A stretch of DNA of 64,000 nucleotides from Acidobacteriota bacterium (lineage in GTDB: Bacteria; Acidobacteriota; UBA6911; RPQK01; JAJDTT01): NCBI GenBank assembly GCA_965217775.1, contig CBDCJH010000002.1, forward strand, positions 1,376,001-1,440,000, read 5' to 3'. The notes beneath the pieces were generated by a model. The model saw only the letters and a list, made by a program, of their open reading frames with translations. It was not told the DNA's origin and did not search any database. The position numbers and the translations under genes are program-made. This document shows, in pieces, positions 1 through 9,173 of the stretch. How positions within the stretch are numbered: position 1 is the stretch's first letter; every line of letters begins with the position of its first letter.

Positions 1-335
1 GGGGCGAACACCGTGAGCACGAGAAACGTGGTGCTGACCGGCACTCCGAATCGGGTCAGCAGCAGGATGAACAAGGGAGGAATGGCGTGCAGCCAGGTAA
101 TGCCTCCCGCGGGCTCCGGAAACTGCTCCAGGCGCCCGTAGGCGATGTCGCCGTCGTTCGTCAGCCATCCGTACACCAGAACCGCCAGAAGTATCAGGCA
201 GGCGTAGATCCACAACACCCACCAGGGACGGCGAGAGTTGGAGCTGAGAAACGTCCCCAGGGTCTGGATGGCGTCGTTGGCCACGATGGAATAGGCCGCC
301 AGGATAAACCCGACGAGCATGAACATTTCCGTCAA
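1..335 (-). CDS. PiT/PHO4-like membrane transporter, N-terminal part (runs off the window start)
   Basis: Manual translation from TTG 335 (SD AAAGGAG upstream): MTEMFMLVGFILAAYSIVANDAIQTLGTFLSSN...WWVLWIYACLILLAV...TRFGVPVSTTFLVLTVF. ANDA and GxPVSTT resemble PiT signatures. Not in the ORF track. Confidence 0.55.
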   Translation of the reverse strand, partial: MTEMFMLVGFILAAYSIVANDAIQTLGTFLSSNSRRPWWVLWIYACLILLAVLVYGWLTNDGDIAYGRLEQFPEPAGGITWLHAIPPLFILLLTRFGVPVSTTFLVLTVFA

Positions 336-560
336 TAGAAACGCTCCTTTCCCCGCTCCCCAGCTTCTCCTTCGAAGGCCATTATTTCGTTCATCATCGG
401 ACCTGCCGTGCCGATAGTAGCGGAGACTCTCCCAAGAATTCACGCGGGCGCGCCCGTGGGCCCGGACTATCGATCCCGAATGAATGGACGCCAGTCGTTC
501 GCCGGTTGAGTTTTCGCTTTTCGGTGTGTCAGTCTGAGTCTCTCATGGAGGAGACTGGAA

Positions 561-1673
561 GTGCCTGAAACAGTCGTACTCTGGGGGCCGCCGGACCTGG
601 ACGGATCCCCCGAAGGGACCGAGGACAGCCGCCTCTTGTCCGCATGGATGATGAAATGCGCCGATCATGGCGTCACCAAGATCATTGACGGCAGCGCCAG
701 GGTCCTGCCGGCAGGCGAGCGGACGTTAGCGCGCGCCCGGGCCGCGCACCAGGCGGGGATGAAATTCGACACCTATGTGGACTACAACGGCTTTCCCCGG
801 CACGGCAGCGCGCGGATGACGTACGGGTGGTCCCTCGACTTTCTGCGGCCTCCCGTGACTTCGGCTCAGGCTCGAGAGATTCTCGACCGGCACCGGCCCA
901 TCTATCACGGTCCCTATGTCACCACCGAGATGTCCGATTTCGCAGTTCGACATCCCGAATACCGGAGTCTGACCCGCAGCCGTTCCTATGTGCTGGAGCC
1001 GGGACAGGATCTCTACCTGAGCGCCTCGTTTCCCGAGGTGCGGGATCACCAGGCCCATCTGTTCGTCGGTGCCCTGGAGGTGACCCGCGCCGACGGGCTT
1101 CAGGTCGAGTTCGTGTTGGGGAATGAAGACGAAAACGGGGTCGTGCCCTACGGCTACGAGGACCGCACCGTATCCGAGTTTCGCGCCAAAGTCGGCAAGG
1201 ATCCGTTCGACCTGCCCAACAACGACCCGGATTGGATGCAGTTCCGCGCCGACTATGTCACCTTGTTCCTCTCGGAAGTCCGGGCGAAGATCAAACGGTC
1301 TTCACCCCAGGCGGTTTTTTCGACCACCATCATCGCGGGGGACCCGGAGGACTACATCAAGGTGTTGCAGGACTGGCCGGCGTGGATCGAGAAGGGTCTG
1401 CTGGATGAATTCTACCTCTGGTTCAGGACCGACTCGGATCTGAAGGCGGTCCAGCGGCAGGTCCGGCACGCCGTGGACGTGGCCGCCGGCCGCGTACCCG
1501 TGATCGTCGAGCTCTCCTGCTATCACCCGGGAAGCTTTCAGGATCCGGACTCCATGTTGACTGCCGGCAAGATCGCGGTCGACAACGGAGCCGCGGGGAT
1601 CGGCATCTACCGGAGCCATGCCGTCCAGCAACTGAACTTCTGGCCGGTTCTGGAAGCCCTGAGCAAGATCTGA
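561..1673 (+). CDS. Glycoside hydrolase-like protein (GHL10/DUF187-type TIM barrel)
   Basis: SD GGAGGAG before GTG. Motifs PEVRD, W.QFRAD.VT and QDW..W...G.LD are typical of the family. Confidence 0.6.
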   Translation: MPETVVLWGPPDLDGSPEGTEDSRLLSAWMMKCADHGVTKIIDGSARVLPAGERTLARARAAHQAGMKFDTYVDYNGFPRHGSARMTYGWSLDFLRPPVTSAQAREILDRHRPIYHGPYVTTEMSDFAVRHPEYRSLTRSRSYVLEPGQDLYLSASFPEVRDHQAHLFVGALEVTRADGLQVEFVLGNEDENGVVPYGYEDRTVSEFRAKVGKDPFDLPNNDPDWMQFRADYVTLFLSEVRAKIKRSSPQAVFSTTIIAGDPEDYIKVLQDWPAWIEKGLLDEFYLWFRTDSDLKAVQRQVRHAVDVAAGRVPVIVELSCYHPGSFQDPDSMLTAGKIAVDNGAAGIGIYRSHAVQQLNFWPVLEALSKI

Positions 1674-1767
1674 AATGGGGGGACGTCGACCGGGCCCGCG
1701 GCAATTCAGGCGCACGGCGGGTCCGGAACTGTTCCTCCGGAGTCCCTTTGCGCGGTTCGGCGTCCGG

Positions 1768-3285
1768 GTGAAGACAGGCCGCCTCTTCGGTCCCCTGGTA
1801 TCTCTTTTCCTGGTTTTTGTTTCTCTCCTCGGGGCAGGGAACCATCCCGTCGAGCTGGGCACCCGGCGCGAATTGATGCTGGACGACACCCTGTTCGAGA
1901 CGATTCGAGACCTGGAGTTCCGTCAGCACTCCCCTCGTGACGCCGAAAAGATCCTGGATCTGGATGCTCCATGGGAGGGCCGGAAATACCATGGCTTCAC
2001 CGTCTGCGGTTACCCGGTGGTGTTGGAGGACGGGGGCGGATTTCGCCTCTATTACGCCTCCTATCTGGGACTGCGTTTCGAACCCAGGGACCCCGAGATT
2101 CAGTTCACCTGCTACGCGGAAAGCAGTGACGGGGTGACCTGGAACCGAGTCCGGCTGGGCCGGGTTGAATTCGAGGGATCGACCGACAACAACATACTGC
2201 TCAAGGGAAGGGCTTCCCACAACTTCGCTCCTTTCATCGATACGCGCCCCGGAACCCCGCCCTCGGAACGATATAAGGCCGTCGGGGGAAACCCGGAGGC
2301 CTATGTCTTCGCCTCCGCCGACGGACTCGAATGGCGCAGGCTCAAGGAGGAGCCCATCCTGGACGGCGAGGAGCCGGCCTTCGACCGCTACGGGGCGATT
2401 CGTTGGGGAATGGATCCAAGCCGCAGAAGGGCGATCCTGGATTCTCTCAACGTCAGCTTCTGGGATCCGGCGAACCGCCGGTATGTCCTGTTCTTTCGGG
2501 CCTATCTGCCCTGTTTGTCCCGGGATGGAAGGCGCCGGCTTCCCGAGACCCGATCGGTGATGCGCGCCACTTCACGGGACTTCCTGAATTGGGAGAACAT
2601 CGAGCCGATCGAGTATGGGGAACCGCGCCGGGAATGGCGGCACTCCCTCTACACCAGCGGGCTGAAACCCTACCATCGGGCGCCCCACCTGATACTCGGG
2701 TTCCCCCTGCGTACGGCTCCCCGCAAGCCCTTCCACGGCACCTCCTACGGTCTGAGCGAGACAGCCTTCATGTACAGCCGGGACACGCGAAACTTCGTCC
2801 TGGTGGACGAGCCTTTCCTGCGCCCGGGGCGCGACCCCGGGAACTGGAGCAAACACGGAAACCTCATGGCCTGGGGCATGCTGCAGACGGCGCCCGACGA
2901 ACTCTCCTTCTACTACCTGCAGCACGACCATCAGCCGGACACCTTCATTCGGCGGGGTGTGCTTCGCGTCGACGGCTTCCGGTCCCTTCACGGCGGCGGT
3001 TACCCGGGAGGGACGGCGATCACTCGTCCTCTCGTCTTCCAGGGAACCCGGCTGGAGATCAATGCCGCCACCGGAGCCGGAGGCGGCATCCGGATCGCCA
3101 TTCTGGATGCGGCCACGAAGCGGCCGGTTCCAGGGTACGAGTCCAGCAAGGAGTTCTATGGCGACGAGATTCAGCACTTCGTCGAATTCGGTGAAGGCGG
3201 GAATCTGGCGCCCCTGTCAGGAAAACCGATCCGGCTCCGTTTCGAGATGTACGAAGCGGATCTTTACTCCTTGAAGTTTCATTGA
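1768..3285 (+). CDS. Secreted beta-propeller glycosidase-like protein (GH32/43-like, uncharacterised)
   Basis: Hydrophobic signal after GTG 1768, repeated S.DG..W motifs, C-terminal LR.DGF.S...DLYS.KF. Paralogue of 59617..61275. Start uncertain. Confidence 0.55.
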   Translation: MKTGRLFGPLVSLFLVFVSLLGAGNHPVELGTRRELMLDDTLFETIRDLEFRQHSPRDAEKILDLDAPWEGRKYHGFTVCGYPVVLEDGGGFRLYYASYLGLRFEPRDPEIQFTCYAESSDGVTWNRVRLGRVEFEGSTDNNILLKGRASHNFAPFIDTRPGTPPSERYKAVGGNPEAYVFASADGLEWRRLKEEPILDGEEPAFDRYGAIRWGMDPSRRRAILDSLNVSFWDPANRRYVLFFRAYLPCLSRDGRRRLPETRSVMRATSRDFLNWENIEPIEYGEPRREWRHSLYTSGLKPYHRAPHLILGFPLRTAPRKPFHGTSYGLSETAFMYSRDTRNFVLVDEPFLRPGRDPGNWSKHGNLMAWGMLQTAPDELSFYYLQHDHQPDTFIRRGVLRVDGFRSLHGGGYPGGTAITRPLVFQGTRLEINAATGAGGGIRIAILDAATKRPVPGYESSKEFYGDEIQHFVEFGEGGNLAPLSGKPIRLRFEMYEADLYSLKFH

Positions 3286-3301
3286 GTCGCAGAGTTCCGG
3301 C

Positions 3302-5680
3302 CTATCGCTCCAGGACCATGGCCTTCCGGACCAATTGGACGAACTCGCCTCTGTGGCCGTGAGGATCGTCTCCGGTGGAGTCCCGGGCCCAATCCAGGAC
3401 TTCTTGCAGTGTGGCGGTTCCCCGGTGAGGCGAGTCGCGAAGAATCATGCCGAAGGCGGCCACGGCGGAGGCGAACCGGAAATCGGGCAAGGCTTCCTTG
3501 AAGCCGGCGGCGGACCCGGTGTGAGTGAACTCCAATAGCCGGCTCTCGGCCTGATCGGGCGGCTTGTAGCGGATCTTCAGCGTGAGCCACTCATTGGCAT
3601 TGCCGGCCCGATTCGGTTCAGGAGGAGTCTGATATTTGAGGGGATCGACGCCGGCAACCGGATACGCGGTCCCGGCGGGAACGATCTCGTACAGGACAGT
3701 CACCTGGTGGCCGGCTCCGATCTCACCGCCGTCCCGGCTGTCGTCGTTGAACTCCTCGTCGCGTAACGCCCGGTTCTCGTAACCGATCAGACGGTAGGAA
3801 TCGACCCGGGCCGGATTGAACTCGATCTGGATCTTGGCGTCCTTGGCGACGGTGACCAGAGTCGCTCCCATTTCCCGGACCAACACCTTCCGCGCCTCCT
3901 CCAAGCTGTCGAGATAGGAGAAGTTGCCGTTTCCCCGGTTGGCCAGGGACTCGAGGACGGCGTCCTTGTAGTTGCCCGTTCCGAGACCGAGAACGCTCAG
4001 GAAGATTCCACTGCGGGACTGCTTCCGGATCAATCGGATCAGGCTTCCCTCATCCGTCATGCCCAGGTTGAAGTCCCCGTCCGTGGCCAGGATCACCCGG
4101 TTGGTTCCGCCGGGGATGAAGTGGGCCGCGGCGGTAGCGTAAGCGTCGCGGATTCCAGCCTCCCCGTTGGTGGGACCGCCGGCCATGATGTACTCCAAGG
4201 CTCGGAATATTTCCTCTTTCCGATCACACGGCGTCGAGGGAAGGACCACCGCGGACTCTCCGGCGTAGGTGACGAAGGCGACCCGGTCCTTTTCCCCCAG
4301 GTTCTTGATCAGAAGCCTCATGGCCCGTTTCAAAAGAGGCAGCTTGTTGGCGGGCCGCATCGACCCGGAGACGTCCAGGAGGAACACGAGGTTGCTGGGA
4401 GGGCGCTGCGCGGGATCGATGGCCTCGGCTTGGATCCCGATGCGGAGCAGCAGATGTTCCTCCTTCCAGGGAGCCTGGGCCAGCTCCATGAGGGCGGAGA
4501 CGGGATGCTCTCCGCTGGGCGCGTCGTAGGCGTAAGAGAAGTAGTTGACCATCTCCTCGATGCGGACGCCATCCCTCGGAGGAAGCGAACCCTGGCGGAG
4601 AAAACGGCGGACGTTGGCGTAGGACGCCGTATCCACATCGATTCCAAAGGTGGAAAGGGGATTCCGGCTCACCTTCTGGAACGGGTTCTCCTCCTGATAG
4701 CGGTAGTCCTCGGTGCTGGACCGGCTGGGGACGGGTGCCGGTGCGGCCGGTAGCTCGTCGAGGCGGGCGCGCACCTCGACCATTGGCTGAAATGGAACCG
4801 ACGGTCCCAAACGCGACCTTCCGCGGTGAGGAAATCGCTCCCCAATGATTCCCCCGGGGAGCACCTGGGACTCGACGATCCTCGCTCCCGGGATTTTCCG
4901 AGCCTCAAGAACTCTCCCTTCAGGGTAGGCCGGGGGCTCGATTACTTTTGCTTTGGCATAGGAGATCCGGGAAGAACTGGATTCGGCGACTGAGGTCACC
5001 GTCTCCGCGGGTAGACCCATCTCAACAACGACGTCATGATCCGGCTCGGAGCGGGATGGCGACGCGGTAGGAGGATCAGCCGGTGCTGGAACTGCCGGGA
5101 GCGAGGACCCGGAGGTATCCTGGCGGGCGGAAGGCTCCGGTGAAACCTTCTCTACGACCGTGGGAACGCTTTGCACTGGTTCTTGCGGCGGTGCGACGGC
5201 AGCGGGACCGGGACTAGCCGTTTCATGGACTGTTGTTGTGAGTCCTGCCATGTCCGACGGGGCTTCGCCGGCGGGAGATGCTGGCTCCCGGAGACGGGCT
5301 GAGAGTGGTAACTCTTCCGTCTCCTGAAGGAAGAGGATCGCAGTGGAAACGACGACGGTTGCCGCGGCGGCCGTCGCCAGGCCCACGGGAAACCACCAGG
5401 ACCTGTTCCGAGGGCGACCCGATCGCCGCAGTTTCCACCAGCGTGGACGTTTGCCCAGATTGGCCAGTTGGTGGGGACTGAGGGAGGGAACAGGTTCCTG
5501 CTCCAACTCCAATCGGATCAGCTCCCCGGTGGCTCGCAGCGATTCCACTTCCCGTCTGAGTTCGGGAGACCCTCGCAACAGGGTCTCCACCGCCTCAATT
5601 TCCTTGGCGTCGGTCAGTTCCCCCAGGGCATAGGCCGTCAGTCTGGGGTCTTGGCCCGGATCTTGGGAATCTGTCTTCAT
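3302..5680 (-). CDS. Membrane-anchored vWA domain protein (YfbK-like) with putative N-terminal anti-sigma domain
   Basis: Start ATG 5680 overlaps the sigma stop (ATGA). N-terminal LTAYALGEL helical region, a TM segment, a Pro-rich linker, STFGIDVDTASY, MIDAS DVSGSM, ATDGDFN and YRLIGYENR. Confidence 0.85.
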   Translation of the reverse strand: MKTDSQDPGQDPRLTAYALGELTDAKEIEAVETLLRGSPELRREVESLRATGELIRLELEQEPVPSLSPHQLANLGKRPRWWKLRRSGRPRNRSWWFPVGLATAAAATVVVSTAILFLQETEELPLSARLREPASPAGEAPSDMAGLTTTVHETASPGPAAVAPPQEPVQSVPTVVEKVSPEPSARQDTSGSSLPAVPAPADPPTASPSRSEPDHDVVVEMGLPAETVTSVAESSSSRISYAKAKVIEPPAYPEGRVLEARKIPGARIVESQVLPGGIIGERFPHRGRSRLGPSVPFQPMVEVRARLDELPAAPAPVPSRSSTEDYRYQEENPFQKVSRNPLSTFGIDVDTASYANVRRFLRQGSLPPRDGVRIEEMVNYFSYAYDAPSGEHPVSALMELAQAPWKEEHLLLRIGIQAEAIDPAQRPPSNLVFLLDVSGSMRPANKLPLLKRAMRLLIKNLGEKDRVAFVTYAGESAVVLPSTPCDRKEEIFRALEYIMAGGPTNGEAGIRDAYATAAAHFIPGGTNRVILATDGDFNLGMTDEGSLIRLIRKQSRSGIFLSVLGLGTGNYKDAVLESLANRGNGNFSYLDSLEEARKVLVREMGATLVTVAKDAKIQIEFNPARVDSYRLIGYENRALRDEEFNDDSRDGGEIGAGHQVTVLYEIVPAGTAYPVAGVDPLKYQTPPEPNRAGNANEWLTLKIRYKPPDQAESRLLEFTHTGSAAGFKEALPDFRFASAVAAFGMILRDSPHRGTATLQEVLDWARDSTGDDPHGHRGEFVQLVRKAMVLER

Positions 5681-6240
5681 CGAATCGTCCTCGAGGCTGC
5701 GGCGGCCGGCTCGGAGTGCCTCTCCAGCTCGGCGCGCACCTTTTTCACAGCGGTATGGATGAGATAACCGACGTTGCTCACCGAGATGCCGACGGTGGCG
5801 GCGATCTCCCGGTAGCTGAGTCCGTTCTGAAACTTCAGCCGCAACACCTCCTGCTCCCTGGGGGGCAGGCTCTCCAAGGCCAGGAGAACACGGCTCAGGG
5901 TCTCCTGCCGCTCCAACAATTGTGCGGGTCCGGGCGCAGCGCTGGCCGGTTCCAGGTTCCAGGTCCCCGTCATCCGGTTCATCCGATTCTCCTTGCGCAA
6001 CACGTCCAGGGCCCGGTTCCGGCAGACGGTGAAGAGCCACTGGGGCAAGTGTCCCTCGACCTTTTGCCTCTTCTGTTTCCAGAGGCGCAGAAAAGTGTCC
6101 TGGACCACATCCCGGGCGAGGTCCAGGTCACCGGTGAGGTGCGCGGCGTATCGGACCAGCGGACCCTGATAGGCATCCAGAACGGATCGCATCCAATCGG
6201 CCTCCTCCAGCGTTCGAGAATTGGTCCCGGAATTGGTCAT
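5677..6240 (-). CDS. ECF RNA polymerase sigma factor
   Basis: 187 aa with region 2 (ARDVVQDTFLRLW, WLFTVCRNRALD) and region 4 (LP..EQEVL.L...GLSYREIA). Confidence 0.93.
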   Translation of the reverse strand: MTNSGTNSRTLEEADWMRSVLDAYQGPLVRYAAHLTGDLDLARDVVQDTFLRLWKQKRQKVEGHLPQWLFTVCRNRALDVLRKENRMNRMTGTWNLEPASAAPGPAQLLERQETLSRVLLALESLPPREQEVLRLKFQNGLSYREIAATVGISVSNVGYLIHTAVKKVRAELERHSEPAAAASRTIR

Positions 6241-6322
6241 CCTCTATGAGGGTAACGCTCGAGTCGGGATTTTCTTAGGTCCTTAATCTCGAATTCTGGT
6301 GCAAATTGACGAAGAATCTTTG

Positions 6323-6412
6323 GTAGGAGCACCCTTGTGGGTGCTCTCTTCGGTCCAAGGCGGAGAAAGACGGGGCCAGACGAAGAGTCGGCGGCTGGAA
6401 AGCCTCCGCTCC
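6323..6412 (+). repeat. REP doublet (REPIN-like), copy 1
   Basis: GTAG-GAGCACCC-TTGT-GGGTGCTC hairpin, conserved spacer, then GGCGGCTGGAAAGCCTCCGCTCC. Homologous to 13214..13291 and 15626..15716. Confidence 0.75.
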
Positions 6413-6488
6413 GGCAAAGAAATTATGGTTCCGGCTACAGTGGGTTAGGAAAATGCGGCTAAACGACGTCTTGCGGAGGCGGCCGCAA

Positions 6489-6965
6489 TCAGTGACCGGT
6501 CCGGCCCTGCAGGAGGTCCACCGCGTGGGGTAGCAATTTGAGGACCGCTTCCAGAGATTCGACGGCCCCCTTGGGGCTGCCGGGGAGACAGAGGATCAGG
6601 GTCTGGCGGCGAGCTCCGGCCAGGGAGCGGGACAGGGCGGCAAAGGGAGTCTTCTTCAGGCCCTCCAGGCGCATGAGTTCCGCCAGGCCCGAGGCCTCTT
6701 TGGCCAGAAGAGGCCGCACTGCCTCCGGTGTGACGTCTCTGGGACCGAGTCCGGTTCCACCCGTCGTGACCAGGAGGTTGGTGTCGCCGGAGTCGCTGCA
6801 AGCGAGAACCTGTTCCTGAATGTCGGTCATCTCATCCGGGACGATGCGGTTCGCGGTCACTTCCCATCCCGCCGCCCGGAGCTGCTTCGCCAGAGCCTGT
6901 CCGGAAAGATCGGGCCTGTGGCCGTGAAAGCACCCGTCGCTGATGGTCAAAACGACGGCCTTCAT
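6489..6965 (-). CDS. mogA: Molybdopterin adenylyltransferase (MogA/MoaB family)
   Basis: Motifs [23 protein letters not shown] and LPGSP. Confidence 0.9.
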   Translation of the reverse strand: MKAVVLTISDGCFHGHRPDLSGQALAKQLRAAGWEVTANRIVPDEMTDIQEQVLACSDSGDTNLLVTTGGTGLGPRDVTPEAVRPLLAKEASGLAELMRLEGLKKTPFAALSRSLAGARRQTLILCLPGSPKGAVESLEAVLKLLPHAVDLLQGRTGH

Positions 6966-7375
6966 GCGCCGTAACCCTCAATCCAGACCTCTCCGTCCTC
7001 GTAATGTTCCTGCTTCCAGATGGGGACCGAGGTCTTCAGCGTGTCGATGGCGAACCGGCAGGCCTCGAACGCGTCCGCTCGATGGGCCGAAGCGACGGCG
7101 ATGAAGACGCTGCTCTCTCCGATCTCGAGTCGCCCCGTTCGATGGACGATGGCCAATCCCTGAAGCGGCCATCTCTCCAGGGCCTGCTCGCGGATCTTGG
7201 CCATCTCGGTCTTGGCCATTTCCGGGTAGGCCTCGTAGAAGAGATGGGTGACCGACTTGCCCCGGGCGTGATCGCGAACGATTCCGTCGAAGGTGACCAC
7301 CGCACCCGCCTTGGGAGAAGCGACGGTGCGGACGACCTGGTCCCGATCGATGGGAGTCGTGACGAGCTCGATCAC
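6962..7375 (-). CDS. moaE: Molybdopterin synthase catalytic subunit
   Basis: Motifs [25 protein letters not shown] and K..VPIWK.E. GTG start overlaps the moaD stop. Confidence 0.92.
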   Translation of the reverse strand: MIELVTTPIDRDQVVRTVASPKAGAVVTFDGIVRDHARGKSVTHLFYEAYPEMAKTEMAKIREQALERWPLQGLAIVHRTGRLEIGESSVFIAVASAHRADAFEACRFAIDTLKTSVPIWKQEHYEDGEVWIEGYGA

Positions 7376-7626
7376 GCGGCTCCTCCGCTGACAGGGGGGA
7401 AGAAGGCGATCTCGTCCCCTGACGAAACCTCCTGTTCCCAATCCGTGTATTCCTGGTTGACGGCTACCAGGAGCGCCTTGCGATAGCGCTCCAGGCCCGG
7501 ATACTGGTGCACCAACCGGCGGAAGACTTGGCGCGCCGTGTTGCCCGGAGGGATCGAGTCGAGGAGTATTTCGGACTGGCCCACGACGTCCCGGAGAGAG
7601 GCGAACAAGCAGATCTTGACGACCAC
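7372..7626 (-). CDS. moaD: Molybdopterin synthase sulfur carrier subunit
   Basis: 84 aa ubiquitin-like with LFA.LR, AVNQEY and GDEIAFFPPVSGG, followed by two extra residues (AA). Confidence 0.9.
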   Translation of the reverse strand: MVVKICLFASLRDVVGQSEILLDSIPPGNTARQVFRRLVHQYPGLERYRKALLVAVNQEYTDWEQEVSSGDEIAFFPPVSGGAA

Positions 7627-7632
7627 GGAAGC

Positions 7633-7641
7633 AGTATAGCA
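7633..7641 (-). promoter_or_regulatory. Extended -10 element (TGC-TATACT) for a probably leaderless moaD-moaE-mogA transcript
   Basis: Lies 6 nt upstream of the GTG start with no SD. Confidence 0.55.
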
Positions 7642-7765
7642 GCCGCACCTTAAGCCGGGGATGAGCGTCAGGAAAGACCTGAAAAGGGCACTGAACGCTC
7701 TCGTGAAGATACCCCTTCAGTCGCCTTTCCTCTACTTCAGCAGGATCCGGACCCGACCGGATATC

Positions 7766-7795
7766 TTGGCGACTTTCGCCTGGGACTGATAAGAT
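7766..7795 (+). promoter_or_regulatory. Putative sigma70 promoter of nfeD
   Basis: TTGGCG-N18-TAAGAT with TGn extension, 10 nt before the ATG. Confidence 0.45.
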
Positions 7796-7805
7796 CGCTG
7801 GTCTG

Positions 7806-9113
7806 ATGAAGAGGGCGCTGGGCCTGCTATTGCTCCTCTCGACACCCGTTGTGCAAGCGGAAATCCTAAAGGTCGAGATCGACGGGCCCATCGATCCCAT
7901 CACCTCCGAATTCATCACTTCCGCCATCGACCAGGCAGAGGCTTCGAATGCCGAATTCCTCTTGATCCGTCTGGCCACGCCGGGCGGCCTGGGCATCTCC
8001 ATGCAGGAGATCATCCAGAGCATCCTGAACTCGCAGGTTCCCGTCGTCTGCTTCGTAGCTCCCCAGGGCGCCCGCGCGGCGTCTGCGGGCTTCTTCATCC
8101 TGCTCTCGGCCGATGTCGCCGTCATGGCTCCCGGAACCAATACGGGGGCGGCGCATCCCGTGTTCCCCTTCGGCATGGAGAACAAGATCATGCTGGAGAA
8201 GGTGAAAAACGACGCCGTGGCCGGTTTGAGGGCGATCGTCCAACAGCGGAAGCGCAACTACGATCTGGCCGAGAAGGGGGTCCTGGAGAGCAAGTCCTAT
8301 ACCGCCCGAGAAGCGCTGGAGGGCGGCCTCATCGACTTGGTGGAGGATAACGAGAGCGCACTGATGGCGACGCTGCAGGGAAGGCAGATCCAGCGTTTCT
8401 CCGGAGCCTCGCAGGTTCTGACGACCGAAGGACAGGATATTCGGGTCGTCGAGATGACGTTCCGCCAGAAGATTCTCAGTTCCATCGCCAATCCGAACGT
8501 TGCTCTCATCCTGGGCGTGATCGGCCTGTTGGGTCTCTACCTGGAGTTTTCGAACCCGGGCCTGATTCTCCCGGGCGTATTGGGAGGGATCAGCCTGCTT
8601 CTGGCTCTTCTCGGATTCTCGTTGCTTCCGGTGAACTACATCGGGATTCTACTCATCCTCCTGGCCCTGGGTCTGTTCGTGGCCGAGGTCACGGTCCAGG
8701 GATTCGGGATTCTGGGCGCCGGAGGAACCGTCGCTATGCTTTTGGGCATCCTGTTTTTGGTGGACTCCCCCTTTCCCGAGCTCCGAATCAGCTTCGGGTT
8801 GGCCTTGGCGGTCGCCATTCCCTTCGCCTTGATTGCCATCCTTCTGCTGCACCTGACCGTGAAGTCGGTGCGATTGAAAGTCACGACCGGGACGCGGGGT
8901 ATGGTGGGAAGTTTTGGCGTGGCTCAGACCCCCATCGAGGCGGATGAAGGTCGAGTTCTGGTTTTGGGAGAACGATGGAAGGCCGTGTCGGCGACATCCA
9001 TTCCCCAAGGGACCAGAGTCAAGGTGGTGGGGGCCAAGAATCTGGTCCTGGTCGTTGAGCCCTACGCCGGGTCGGGAGTATCTTTGGCGATGGCTACTGA
9101 GGAAGAGGGTTGA
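7806..9113 (+). CDS. nfeD: NfeD family membrane-bound serine protease (long form)
   Basis: TPGG, AASAG, MAPGTNTGAA.PV, a TM bundle and a C-terminal OB-fold (GERWKA). Confidence 0.9.
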   Translation: MKRALGLLLLLSTPVVQAEILKVEIDGPIDPITSEFITSAIDQAEASNAEFLLIRLATPGGLGISMQEIIQSILNSQVPVVCFVAPQGARAASAGFFILLSADVAVMAPGTNTGAAHPVFPFGMENKIMLEKVKNDAVAGLRAIVQQRKRNYDLAEKGVLESKSYTAREALEGGLIDLVEDNESALMATLQGRQIQRFSGASQVLTTEGQDIRVVEMTFRQKILSSIANPNVALILGVIGLLGLYLEFSNPGLILPGVLGGISLLLALLGFSLLPVNYIGILLILLALGLFVAEVTVQGFGILGAGGTVAMLLGILFLVDSPFPELRISFGLALAVAIPFALIAILLLHLTVKSVRLKVTTGTRGMVGSFGVAQTPIEADEGRVLVLGERWKAVSATSIPQGTRVKVVGAKNLVLVVEPYAGSGVSLAMATEEEG

Positions 9114-9173
9114 CCGACCCGAATCGATTTATCCGAATTCAGTGCGGGTCTTCCCGCGACAGTGGAGGTTTCC

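Noticed and set aside
5681-6040. 912-aa version of the vWA protein
   Set aside because: The extension overlaps the ECF sigma in another frame. The real start is the coupled ATG at 5680.
7627-7800. Moco riboswitch upstream of moaD
   Set aside because: A -10 box directly precedes the start codon, leaving no leader, and no recognisable motif is present.
6962-8257. 431-aa ORF suggesting a large MoaE fusion
   Set aside because: Only the last 137 aa are MoaE. The rest is antisense to nfeD and out of frame with moaD.
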